A stretch of DNA of 63,810 nt, counting the filler, from Vannella sp. (taxonomy: Eukaryota), in assembly GCA_023345925.1 (NCBI GenBank). It is 4 parts of 4 records of this genome, joined end to end, with 100 filler letters (N's around TTAATTAATTAA, not from the genome) between each part and the next. Parts side by side here need not be neighbours in the genome. Positions count along the whole stretch, not along the records: positions 23,991 to 52,216 come from JAJQQN010000925.1; positions 52,317 to 59,896 come from JAJQQN010001120.1; 2 more parts are not named here. The stretch is one strand, 5' to 3'. A model generated the notes under the pieces. That model ran no database searches and was not told where the DNA came from. It saw only the letters and a program-made list of their open reading frames with translations. The translations under genes were made by a program, and so were the position numbers. This document shows, in pieces, positions 46,329 through 57,807 of this stretch (the first letter of the stretch is position 1; every line of letters begins with the position of its first letter).

Positions 46329-48165
46329 ATGCCTCTCCGCCGGCGTCCAAGAACGAGGAGAAGTGTTTCGTCTAGTAAGAGAGAGAGGCGAGGTTCGAAG
46401 AAAAGCGAACCAGGGGAGGAGGAAGTGGAGAGTGAGGAGGTGACGAAGACGGAGTCGGAGGACGGAAGCGAAGAAGAGACAACGGGAGAGGCAAGCTCTC
46501 CTTCGCGCTCAAAGGCCATTGATCTTGACTCGAATGAGATGCAATGTGAAGAAGATGAACCAGAACCGGTTCTTAAGAAGCCTACTGGCTCGAAGCTGGG
46601 GAAGCGGCAGTTGCCGCTTCTCTCCTTCTCTCTTTCAACTGCCAAGCGCCCGCGTGTTGTGTCTACTGTGAGCTTGCAAGCGCAGTGCCAAGACTCAATC
46701 CCAAGCGGTGTGTTGAGTGATGAAGAGCTCAGCTCTGACTCTGAAGAGGAGTTCCCCAGAGCGGACGAGAAAGGATTTACCGAAGCGGTTCTCGAGGTGG
46801 AGATAGCCGAGTGGGTTGAACATAGCCTCAACGATTCGCTTCGCTTGGCCAAAGAGAAGGTCAGACCAGATCAATCTAAAGCTCATCTCAGTGTCGATGA
46901 GAGGATTGAGTATGAGCTTGCTAACGGTAGGCGCCCTTGGAGGTCTACGTGACGTTACTGACTGTTTCATGATAGGCTCGCACCTCTACCCAGCAGAGGA
47001 TATGGATGATATCAAGCCAACACTCCACATTCGGTTATTCCCGAGAGGGTTCTCTATTGGAGACCAGGTGGGCTTCTCCTTCACTTGATTTCAACACACT
47101 GACGTTAAGATATGACTAGATGACACTTCATCCCTACAACTCAGACACAGAAGTCTTCTTGAGGGCGATTGATCAACATCGGATGCCACCTGATCTCCTG
47201 GAGCTCCTTGAAGAGGTCCCCTGCTACTACTACGATGGATGCTTAGTTGTGATGCTAGAAGACCACCGCTTCTCAGAGCTTCACCCCCAAAAGAGACAGA
47301 TTCTCCTTCGAGTGAGTGTCCCGCCACCTTTCTGTGAGCAAATCTGAAGAAAGCGCAGCCAGATCAAGAGTCCATTACCTATGAACTAGAAAGAGCGTTT
47401 GCTGATCATGAGCGTTGCCAAGAGCATAATCTAATTGAAGCTGAGCGACTGGCTCTGCTGGCCATGAACATTCCTGTTTGCCTTGACCCTTCCCCGCGTG
47501 TGGCCCTTGTGAACAACATAGTGAATTATAATCGGTACAAGTTTGCGCGATGGGACAAGTGTTTGCGGTTGAAGCCACCGAAAGAAGCCGCAGTGCCGCG
47601 CATTTACTTTGACACTTTGAATCAAATGGCTCACCAAATGGACAAGAGGAACAAGCCCACCACTTATCGCCCAGCTTCCTTAGAGGACTTGCGCTCACTT
47701 TCTACTCGGAGTGTGGCTATTCCCAGTGCCAGCTCTGAATTCGTTCCAGTGCCAGTTGGGATGGCCCTCCAGCCGCCAGTGCTCCCATCAGGACCTTTCC
47801 CATACGATCCAGCGACTACTATCGTAGCTCAACGAGAGTCTCTCCACTTCTCACATCGGAACGGGACTCAGTTTACTCACTTTGAGCTGGAGGAATGCAC
47901 GGGAATGGGATACAAAGCCTCTCTTCGGATGGGTCTTATGCCTTACACAGATACCAATGGATCTGTTATTCGATTCCTCTTGCGAGACGCTGCAGCGGTC
48001 AGTCAATTCATCAGCAAGCTGAATGCCATGATCAAGCGCGAGGGAGGAAATTTGATTAAGGAGTCCGACTTGCGCCGATCTGGCGGGGTCCTTCGGTCAG
48101 CTTCTGTCTCTATTCAGAAGGTTGGACTCTCACCTGGTCCCGTCAGCGTCAACAAGCTGAGCTAA
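46329..48165 (+). CDS. SPT20: SAGA subunit Spt20 domain protein, multi-exon
   Basis: PTLHIRLFPRGFSIG, PYN..FLRAID..PPDLLELL..YYDGCLVV..DHR, ILLRP, PVCLDPSPRV. Confidence 0.8.
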
Positions 48166-48191
48166 AGTGTTTCCCCGCAACTCCTTTGCAA

Positions 48192-49188
48192 CTACTTGCT
48201 GCCAGGTAGGAGCAAAGGATCCAGAGGAGGTCGAGGCATCACGCATCCTTCTCGTATCCATTTGGTCAAGACCATCTTCTCTCCTTGAAGTACCGGTAAA
48301 CCTGCGTGGAGCGATTGGGGATTCCATTCGTGATCAGGCCCGTACGTCCAGAATAGCAGGGCGTCCCCGGACTCTGAAGGGCTCTGTGAGTACTCAGTAA
48401 GAAGGGAGGAGGGATAGTCTTACCAATGGGGACTCGCAACCCAATCTCAGGGAACTCCGTCTCTCCGCCTCGATCAGGGGCTTTGGCATAGATCAGGACT
48501 GTTGCGATTCGTGCGCCAGGGTATCCCATAGCTTCGTTGGGTCAGCGTGGGTACCAGGAGGAGAGGAGAGCCCCACCTTCTTCGATAGATCGACCAGGAG
48601 CGAGGGAAGCCGGGTCAAAGCTATCATGGTGAGGCTTGTACTCTTGCTGAGTGGAGTAGCGAAGAAAGTAGAAGCTCTCTCCGTTCTCAGAGGGAACTTG
48701 ACTCCAAAGAGCTATCCGTTCTTCCAGCGTTCGGACTATTCGATCCTTCAAGCCCTCGTGCTGCAAGGAGAGCGTGAGAATGGCCTCTCAGAGGTTCATC
48801 GTTTCATACTAGGAAGCGTCCTGAACTAGAACGGTCTGTGCTGTTCCCTCCAGCTCCAGATCGAAGCCGAATGTGGGACCTCTTGAGGTGGTCGGGTCCT
48901 GCAAGCCGGAGCTGCCCTCACAGCCTAAGTTACCTCCAATTGAAGGGTTCAGAGTCAGCGTACCATGTATTCCCTCTCGAAATCGTCAAGGAAACGTTTG
49001 TAGAGGAACACTCCAGGTGATGAGCAGAGCCGAGACACCTTTTCCGGTTCAAACAAGACAGGGCATCGTTCAAAGTACTCCTTCTCTCGACTGACAAAGC
49101 CCTTATCACCAAGTATTGACCAACCCAGAAAGAAAGTGAAGCAAAACACGAAAACCCCCACAACCTGCCATCCGCGCCTCCGCGCCAT
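48192..49188 (-). CDS. Prolyl 4-hydroxylase alpha-like 2OG-Fe(II) oxygenase with N-terminal membrane anchor, multi-exon
   Basis: RTSSMKR, LEERIALWSQVPSENGE, YKPHHDSF, RIATVLIY..GGETEFP, GDALLFW..SLHAGLPVLQGEKMVLTKWIR. Confidence 0.9.
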
Positions 49189-49362
49189 CCAACGAAGGGT
49201 GAAATGAGGACATTTCGTCGCGCTCTCTGTGTCTTCACATGGAGTGGTGCAAGACGCTCCCCTCCTGAAGATGAAAATGGGAACTCTTTGAGCCAGCTCG
49301 ATGGATGCTGGTAGGGTTCATGGAGGACCGTGGAGGGAACCGCGGTTTAGTCTTCTCAGACA

Positions 49363-49809
49363 CTACTTGTCTTGGGGACGGACCACAGCATCGTGGAGGG
49401 AACTGGTTTGGGATTGGATGAAAACGAGCTTCTTGGCAAGAGCTGCATTTCTCTGGAGTTGTTGGAACAGTTCTCCGAGTAGCTGCTGAATCTCAGTTTG
49501 GCGATCTTCCATCTTCCTTTGGAGGACCATCCCGAATTCAGAAAGGAGCTCGTTCTGGTGGTGGAAGAGATCTGGACGAAGTGAGAGATCAGTATTGAAG
49601 GGATGCCAGATACCTTCAACTATCTTGAGCTCCTTCTCGCTGATGGATCGTGCCTTATCCTCCAAAACCATCCCCTTCTCTTCGTTGATGGCATCCATGT
49701 CATCACTGGTGTAGCATGCGGCGTCATTTGAGACCTGTATTCAAGTTAACCATCAACCTCTTTGCTACAACTCATTGCATACAGGAGAATCAACCCGGGA
49801 AGAAGCCAT
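49363..49809 (-). CDS. Hypothetical small coiled-coil protein (one intron)
   Basis: MASSRVDSP, GT-AG intron, then VSNDAAC...EIQQLLGELFQQLQRNAALAKKL. Confidence 0.5.
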
Positions 49810-49961
49810 CAGAAAATACATTCAGCCAAACACACAGAATCGACTCCCCGTAAATATCTAGATACTTTGCACGGATTGAAACTCGGCCTCTGCACTTTGC
49901 GAGTTATTTGGAATGAGTGGGGCTGAACTTAAGTTATTTTTTTATAACAGGCCGTTGGGGA

Positions 49962-51273
49962 ATGGCTCAGGTCGTCCACTCTCTCAACTTTGGGGTGAAA
50001 TTGAGGGATCCTCACACTGACAGTACAAAGCCCAGAGTGCTGCGGTTTGACTTTTGCAGCAAGGTCATGCTCCTTCTGTCTAGGGGAGCTGTGAAGGATG
50101 CTCATCCGTTTGGCGACATCCTCCAAGGAAACATCCTTCCTCAGCCTTTCCTACTTGAAGTAGCCCTCCGATCCTCTTCGTAAGTAGCTTTTCTACTGTA
50201 TCCAGGCGATCTTAGTCGCTCTCCACAGCTTTCAACTGCTTCTGCAATCGCAGGAGTCGAGAGACTTCGTATTCTCCCTCCTCCTTGGTATAGCGCAGAG
50301 CAAGAACCTTTACGACTTCTTTGTAGGTTCTAGAGGGGTCCACTAACGCTAGGTAATCCTTACAAGCTCTTGCAGGAGTCAACAATCTTCCAAAAGGGAT
50401 GGCTTGACAAGAAGGGGCACCTCAAGTGGAGTCCGCGCTTTGCGGCTCTTGAGGAGATCTGTTCCGCAAAGAACATTCCCAATCCTTTCAAACTTACCCA
50501 ACTCCTGTGTTACAAGTCCTCCAAAGACTCCTATCCCGTCAATGTAATCGAGATTAGGTGAGAAATGCATCCGCTTCCGCTCCATTGCCTCTCACCCGTC
50601 ATCCCAGCAACTTTGCAGTGGACGTTGATGCTTCAAAAGGAGAAGGACATCATAGTTCCTTCCGAATACGAGCCTTCTTCCGCTCCTACGACTTTTACTC
50701 GAGTCATGCAGTCAGTCCAATGTCCCATTCTGGCACAAGAACTCTCCTCACCCGCCCCACAGAGTCAAGTAGAGGCTTGGATATCTGCTATATCAGAGCA
50801 AATCACAAAAGGAACTTTATTTCCCCCTCCACCAACGCTCCAGCCAACAATTGAACCAAAAAAGCAAGTATCACACAAAGCCGTTTTCAGTGATCTCCAC
50901 CGCATCTTACAGCAAACCAACGTCGACCTAAGAACCTACTTTATGCCTGAATCCCTTGGTGTAAGATGCCCTATCGCCATCATCATCGTTCGGAGATCTC
51001 ACATTGCCTTCTCAGGAAGAGGATTGTGCTTTAGGAGACGAACCAGCACGGTCGCAATCTCAGCCCATCCTCCGTGCTCGTGTCAGCAGGTCTGGTTGGG
51101 AATCAAAAGTGACCCCCAGAGTAAGATATCTCACCCAATCCTCTCGTCTATCACCCTCTCACACTCCCTCCCTCCTCAAGAAGGCCGACGAATGCCTCAC
51201 AGAAAGTCTCAACGCTAACGGCATTGTAATGGGCCTCACCCGGCCAGACCCACCCCCAGCAGCTCCCTCCTAA
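49962..51273 (+). CDS. PH-domain protein, multi-exon; 5' structure unresolved
   Basis: IFQKGWLDKKGHLKWSPRFAAL..LLCYKSSKD..PVNVIEI..FRIRAFFRSYDFY..VEAWISAI. Confidence 0.7.
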
Positions 51274-51405
51274 ACCTTTCCACCTCTCCTTGCCCTCTCA
51301 ATGGCGACCGGAAGAGTCCCTGGGCTTGCTCAGGGGGTGTGCTCTATGATCAATCCTCTTTAGTGGAAGGGGAGCATGTAAAGAGCAGTTTTGGAGCATT
51401 TCCTG

Positions 51406-52216
51406 ATGCTCCGGGCGGCTTGGGGGGTGAGCGGGCTTGATTTAGGGAGAGGGAGTCGCTGATGGTGGGTAGCATGGTCGTTTGCCGGTTATATGGAGCG
51501 CTACGCGCTCGCTGCACGTACGACCGGCAGTAGAACAGTCTAGTGCGGGGAAGAAGTTCCACGCGAGGATGTTCCCTGAAGATCAGCGTTACCAGGACGC
51601 CTACATCAATGACCTTCACAAGGGATCAGACAAAGCAGCGCTCTATGACCACTACTTTCAGCGAGCAGAGAACCTCGTCAGAACTCTCCCTCAAGAGCCA
51701 CCGGCCCAACCTCGCCCTTACGGAGAGAAGTTCTGGTTCTGGTTCAAGATTGCGATACTGGTGGCCATCGCCATCGATGCGTACAAGCTAGTACGCATAT
51801 ACAAGAAGTCTGGGTTCTCTGGATTGCCTTCATTGCCGGGATTGAGCGGGAGAGGATCGTCTCCAAGCTTCAAGATCAGCCAAGGAGGAGAGACGCGGTT
51901 CAGTGATGTCCATGGTATTGAAGAGGTGAAGCAGGAGTTACAGATCGTCGTTGACTTCTTGAACACTCCTCAGAAGTTCAAGGAGATTGGCGCGAAGATC
52001 CCTCGAGGTACGTGGGTCCGGAGCCCGGACCTATTCTAGCGTCTGACTGATCCAGGTGTGCTATTGTATGGTCCTCCGGGCACTGGAAAGACTCTGATGG
52101 CTCGTGCAATCGCTGGGGAAGCAAATGTCCCCATTCTGTTCGCCAATGCGTCCTCCTTTGAAGAGATGTATGTTGGTGTTGGCAGCCGCAGGATCAAAGA
52201 ACTGTTTGGTGAGCAT
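51406..52216 (+). CDS. YME1: Mitochondrial FtsH/YME1-like AAA+ protease, 5' part (cut by the contig end)
   Basis: Presequence [22 protein letters not shown]; one [72 protein letters not shown]. Confidence 0.85.
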
Positions 52217-52316
52217 NNNNNNNNNNNNNNNNNNNNNNNNNNNNNNNNNNNNNNNNNNNNTTAATTAATTAANNNNNNNNNNNNNNNNNNNNNNNNNNNN
52301 NNNNNNNNNNNNNNNN
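52217..52316. other. Artificial contig linker
   Basis: N44-TTAATTAATTAA-N44. Confidence 0.98.
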
Positions 52317-52406
52317 AAGGTCCGGATCGAGTTTAGAGGCACTTTTCAACCATGGGTAGCGGACCAGGCCAGGTTGAGTTTGGTCCTTGTTGCCACCTAG
52401 AGGGTG

Positions 52407-52572
52407 ATGGAGTGCAAGGTCGCTGTGGTTGGAATGGGAGGTGTTGGCAAGTCAGGTTCTATGTTCTCAAAATAGTTTGTTTCTCAGTAAGTAGGAGGCT
52501 GGTTATCAGAGGAAGAGCATTCATGTGACGAGAGTGAAGAAGACGAGGAATTTATTCACTAATACAAATTAG
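52407..52572 (+). pseudogene. Ras-like small GTPase 5' fragment
   Basis: MECKVAVVGMGGVGKS (G1 box), but no G3/G4 boxes before the convergent gene ending at 52589. Confidence 0.55.
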
Positions 52573-52588
52573 AGTCCCCCACGGGCTC

Positions 52589-53297
52589 TCACTCGTCCTG
52601 CTCTGGATCCTCAGTGACAGGCTCGTCTTCAGAGGCATCCTCAGAGTTCTCGAGGTTGTCGAGTCCTTCCTCGTCAGATCCTTCGCCTTCTTCTCCGTCT
52701 TCCTCTCCCTCTTCGCCTTCTTCTCCGTCTTCCTCTCCCTCTTCACCTTCCTCTCCGTCTTCCTCTCCCTCTTCGCCCTCTTCCTCTGTTTCTTTCCTCC
52801 GGCGCTTCTGGCGGAAGTAGGTGCGGCGCTCTCGCTCTCGCATAGCTTCGATCTTCCTGTCCTCCTCCAGGCGCACCCGTTGTTTGTCCTCTTCGGTGAA
52901 GACCGTTCTGTAGCATTGTCAAACCCCTCGTTACATTGATGTACAAGGTTCGTACTCTACGATCTCAGCAGAGCACCTGCACCATCCACAAACATTCAAG
53001 GACCGCGCACATTCATCACATAGCGTGTGGTAGGCTCGTTTCACCTTCTTCTCTTGACAGTTGTTACTACTCTCTCATTAGATCGGTCGATCAGGCATGA
53101 TCAGACGCCTACCAATGCGCTGGAGCCTTCAGAGGCTTGTACTTTCGGTACTTCTTCCGCCACTCAATCTTCTCCGAGCAGCGGCCACACAGTCCCTGGT
53201 TGGGACTAGCAAGGATCACCGCAGTCTTCTTACTCCCCTTGTTATGGTAAAACGCCACTTTGTTCTGATGCGCCGGCTTCTTCCCTTTCGGCGGCAT
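52589..53297 (-). CDS. C9orf85-like (DUF2039) Cys-rich protein with acidic tail, two introns
   Basis: PAHQNKVAFYHNK..GLCGRCSEKIEWRKKYRKYKPL..C..CQEKKVKRAYHTLCDECA..VCGWC; tail of 30-bp GEEDGEEGEE repeats (about 52680-52785). Confidence 0.9.
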
Positions 53298-53397
53298 CGG
53301 ACTGGTGGGCTCTTCGAAATAGCGCTTTCACGGCTCCCATGATAATTGATGGATTTGCGATGATTTATTGGTTTATTTGGTTCATTTTGAAGGCGGA

Positions 53398-54164
53398 ATG
53401 GGGAAAGGGGCTGATCAGGACAGTGCGGAGGAGGTTTTGAGGAAGAAGGAGAAGAAGGAGAGGAAAGAGAAGAAGAGGGAACGAAGGGAACTGAAAGAAG
53501 AGAAGGCGAAGAGCGGGGAATCAGAAGGGACTTCAGAGAGGAAGAAGGAGAAGAAGGAGAAGAAGGACAAGCAAACGAAGGACAGGAAAGAGTCCAAAGA
53601 AGCCAGCCCGATCCTCGAAGACGCCCAGCAACGAACCGCTGCTACAACAGACTCACCATCCTCTGCCAAGAGGCATCGGGCGGTCGATCAGGAGACTGAA
53701 CGTCCACTTAAACCTCAAAAGACCCAAGTGACGGACACCCCCTCGAGCGTGACTGCCCCCAAAGGGAAGCCAGTACCAAAGCCAACCCCTGCAAACATGA
53801 GCGCACAAGAGAAGCGCAAGCTCCTCTGGGGAAACAAGGTGATCTCCTCTGATCATCCCCTGCACCCTTGATAACACCCCCCAGAGAGAGAAGACGGAGA
53901 CAGTCTGGGCCGCCGCTGATCTTGGTGATCAAGAGAAGAACCAGAAGCTTCTCAAGCTCATGGGAGTCAAGAAACCAGAGCAACAGCTCCCTGTACGCTC
54001 CCTACCCCTTCCCCCCTTCCCCACTGACTCTCCGCAAGGCCTCCAAGTCCGTACCCAAAGAACTTGATCCCACAGTGATCAACAAACGCTTCAAAGAGCT
54101 CGAGAACGAGTACGAGCAAAGCCAAAAGGCCAACCGCAACCGGGGCTCTGGTTTGGGCTTCTAA
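53398..54164 (+). CDS. Lys-rich protein with C-terminal SMAP domain (RSRC2-like C-terminus), multi-exon
   Basis: EKRKLLWGNK..WAAADLGDQEKNQKLLKLMGVK..FKELENEYEQSQ..RGSGLGF. Confidence 0.8.
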
Positions 54165-54228
54165 TCATAAAAACGCCCACAAATTGATGGATTGGACTTT
54201 TAAACACTTTTTGTGTCATCGCAGCGGC

Positions 54229-55662
54229 ATGGTGAGCTTGGTCATCGTCAGGCTGACGGTGTGGGTTGCTGATGATGGTTGTAGAGCTCAGTAGATCCAG
54301 AGACACTTTATACCAAGCAGGATATCATTGGCAAGGGCTCCTTTGGTAAGGTGTACAAGGGAGTGGATAAGAAGACCAACAAGCCTGTGGCGATCAAAAT
54401 CATCGACTTGGAAGACGCGGAAGATGAGATTGAAGATATCCAACAAGAGATTTCCGTCCTCTCTCAATGTGAGAGTCCTTATGTGACTCGCTACTACGGC
54501 TCCTATCTTAAGGGACAGAAGCTCTGGATTATCATGGAGTTCCTTGCTGGTGGCTCTATCCTGGACTTGGTAAGCTATCTCTCACGTTCACTATTTATCA
54601 CTATTTGTCATGATTTGTTCAAGAGTGCCTAACTCCCCTTTCCTTCCAGATGAAACCTGGTCCTTTGGACGAAGGGTACTGTGCCATCGTTATCAGAGAG
54701 CTCTTGAAGGCTCTGGAGTACTTGCACAACGAAGGCAAAATCCACCGGGACATTAAGGCTGCCAACATCCTCTTGGCTTCGAATGGAGACGTGAAGCTTG
54801 CTGACTTTGGAGTGGCTGGACAGTTGAGCGATGCTGTGACGAAGAGAAACACTTTTGTCGGTACTCCCTTCTGGATGGCGCCTGAGGTCATTCAGCAAGC
54901 TGGCTATGACTCAAAGGCCGACATCTGGTCCACAGGTGTGACCGCACTCGAGTTGGCCAAGGGTGAACCCCCGTATGCTGACCTCCATCCCATGCGCGTT
55001 CTCTTCCTCATTCCTAAGAACGATCCACCAGTGCTCGAGGGCAACTTCTCCAAGGCTTTCAAAGAGTTTATTGCTCTGTGTCTCAAGAAGGACCCTGAAG
55101 AGCGCCCCACTGTGAAGGAGCTCCTCAAGCACAGGTTCATTAAGGGAGCTAAGAAGACCTCTTGCCTGACAGAGCTCGTGGACCGACTGGCTAGATGGAA
55201 GCTCGTCATTGGAAACGAGTCTTCCAGCGAGTCTGAAGAAGAGGGGGAGAAGAAAGCTTCCTCTGCTGCTGCAGATGATGGCTGGGACTTCGATGATGGA
55301 GATGACAAGCCAGTTGAAAAGCCAGTTGAAAGAGCTGCTCCCAAGCCCGTTGCTGTTGCACCAACACCAGCCCCTGCAGTTGCAGCCCCTGCAGCAGCTA
55401 CCCCACAACGTGCATCTGCCCTGACTTCTGTCATCTACCCAGTTCTTGGGCGAGTAAGTTGATCAACACCCTCTGTTTGGACAAGGCTCTAACTAAGTTC
55501 CTGCAGCTGTTGAAGGCACAAAACGACGAGCGAACTGTCGCATCCTTGGCCCAACTCAAGATTGCATTCGACAATGCAGAGAGCGCACAACCCGGCATCA
55601 CCCATCAGATGATCGCGCACATCATCGAGACCTTGAAGAGTAACAGTGCCAACCGAGGATAA
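54229..55662 (+). CDS. STE20 GCK-III kinase (MST3/MST4/STK25, Dictyostelium SvkA-like), three introns
   Basis: [80 protein letters not shown]-terminal [16 protein letters not shown] segment. Confidence 0.96.
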
Positions 55663-55758
55663 CAGATCACCAAAGCTCCTCCTCCCCTCTTTGAATGTAA
55701 ATTCCAGTGCCTTTGACGCCACATCTCGCAATACAGCGCATTTCCTCTCCCTCCTTCG

Positions 55759-57190
55759 ATGCAGCGCCCTCGAGGACGTCTCCTTTCCCTTCTGGATCGC
55801 TGTGGGAGGGCTCGATGGGCTTCTACATCACCGCAGAGTGTATTAGCATCTCCTCTGAGTGTTGAGAACTCTCCTTTTCAACTTCAAACGCTGCAGGAGC
55901 GCCTTCCCCGGTTGCTGGAATCGTTGCAATGGTCAAAAGCTAACGCGGAGAGGGAGAAGCTTGATCATTTGGTGCATATCCTCAAAGCTGGTCCAGTTAA
56001 GAGTTCAGGAGCCTCTTCTCCACTCCCTCTTGTGGCTACGGAGTATCCCAATGAGGCAACCCGGTGTCCCACTTCGCTTCTTCTCATCAACAAGTGGCAG
56101 GACTACCTCAAACAGCAAAGCATTGGCTCTCGTCTTAGTCCATACGACTTTCGACCAACCATAGTGGCGGAAATGTACTTTTACTACCGCATTGTAGATG
56201 CAGCCGGGTTCTTCCACCAGTCCAAGGATGGAAAAGAGCCTTTGGATCCATTCCAAGATGAGAAGAGGACCGCATTGGAAGCTGTGATGCATAGAGAGGC
56301 ACCATTACTTGCCAACTACGTGACACAGTCCATACCAAGTGTGGCCAGTCTCATTTTGGTCTCTCTTTTGGGAAACAAAGCAGATTTGAGTCTTATTTCC
56401 CGCCTATCGGGGGCAAAAGAGGCTCATGTGAGTGGAGGGTTGGAGGAAACACTTCGTGAACAACAGAGATACCTCTTGGCGGATCATACTGCAGAGGTTC
56501 TATCTCATTTGCAGTCCTTGCCACGAGGTTTGAGGCGTTTGGATGTGGGTACGTGTCTGTTTCTCCGTTTTTTCACCTTTCTAATGGACCAGAACTCGCT
56601 TAGTTCTGGATAATGGCGGATTGGAGCTTCTGAGTGATTTTGTGATGGCAACGGGATTGCTGAACCAGAATGCTGGACTGACAATCCACTTTCATACCAA
56701 ATGGCATCCGACCTTCATCTCTGATGCCACTTCAGTGGACGCACTTGATATGGTCCAGAGACTTACCAAAGATGAGTCTCTGAGTGTCAGGAGGTTGGGA
56801 GAAATGATTTCCCGTCTCATGGACGAGAAAAGGCTTCGAATCGAAGATCACTTGGCTTGGAACGCTCCTATTCTCTTTAACAAGTTACCAACTGACTTGA
56901 TAACGGATTTAGATAGCTCAGATCTTGTTGTCTTCAAAGGAGATGCCAATTACAGGCGCTTGGTGCTGGATACCAAGTGGCCTACTGCGACCTCATTCGA
57001 AGGGATAACAAGCTACCTGTCCTTTCCCCGTCTGGCTCTCCGTACAGTGAAAGCAGAGCTCTGTACTGGAATGGAGCAGGAACGATTCGAGGAAGCTCAG
57101 AAAGAGGATCTTCACTTTCAAGAGAATGGGAAGTGGGGAGTCATCCATTTTGGTGCGAGCCACCACGCAGGATTCCCCCTCTCTCAATGA
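55759..57190 (+). CDS. ARMT1/DUF89 damage-control phosphatase family protein (one intron)
   Basis: AEMYFYYRI, DPFQDEK, LLGNKADLS, LDNGGLELLSD, KWHPTFISDAT, LVVFKGDANYRRL, LRTVKAE. Confidence 0.9.
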
Positions 57191-57807
57191 AAGACCAGCA
57201 GAATGAGCTCATTCCACAGGATGCCCCACTTTCATCTCTAGATACAGTGTCTTCGAGACAGGAGCCCTTGCGCATTCCAATTCATATGGATGAGTTTGCC
57301 AACTCCTTTCCCTCCTCACACAAGTAGGGTGCCCCTAAACTGAACTTCCACGCAAGTGCAAATGACTTGGAAGTTGAACCTGGTTTATTGTGAAAGAACA
57401 GAAGCTCACATTGCTACGATCATCATCAGTGCCATATCAAATGAGATCTCGAGGATTTTGCTATCAGAACTTTTGTTGTTGTTTGCACCAGGGATACGGA
57501 CGGGAACTTGGGACTGGAACAGGATTAGGAACAAGAATGGTAGCGATAACTGTGATGACGATGTGGATAAGTGAGTTGGTTCAGTGGAGTCGAAAGTCCA
57601 CTCATTTCAAGACTCTCAATACATCTGGCCGCAGACTGAATTGACATTGTCAACCAAACCACTTTTCCGAACCCAATTCAGCCTCCCCTTAGACGCTAAT
57701 GAATATGATTGGCTTCAATAGCACAGCACAAATCGTTGACTCGAATTCGGAGCAAAAGGCAATTTTTTTATTTTTTTATTTTGAGGTTTCTTTTCCTCGA
57801 CTCGCTC

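Noticed and set aside
48130..48327. Apparent overlap of the P4H and Spt20 3' ends suggested by the ORF track
   Set aside because: The true P4H frame stops at 48192-48194, leaving a short gap after the Spt20 stop at 48165.
57190..57700. Short ORFs between ARMT1 and the amidase
   Set aside because: No recognisable domain or consistent splice pattern.
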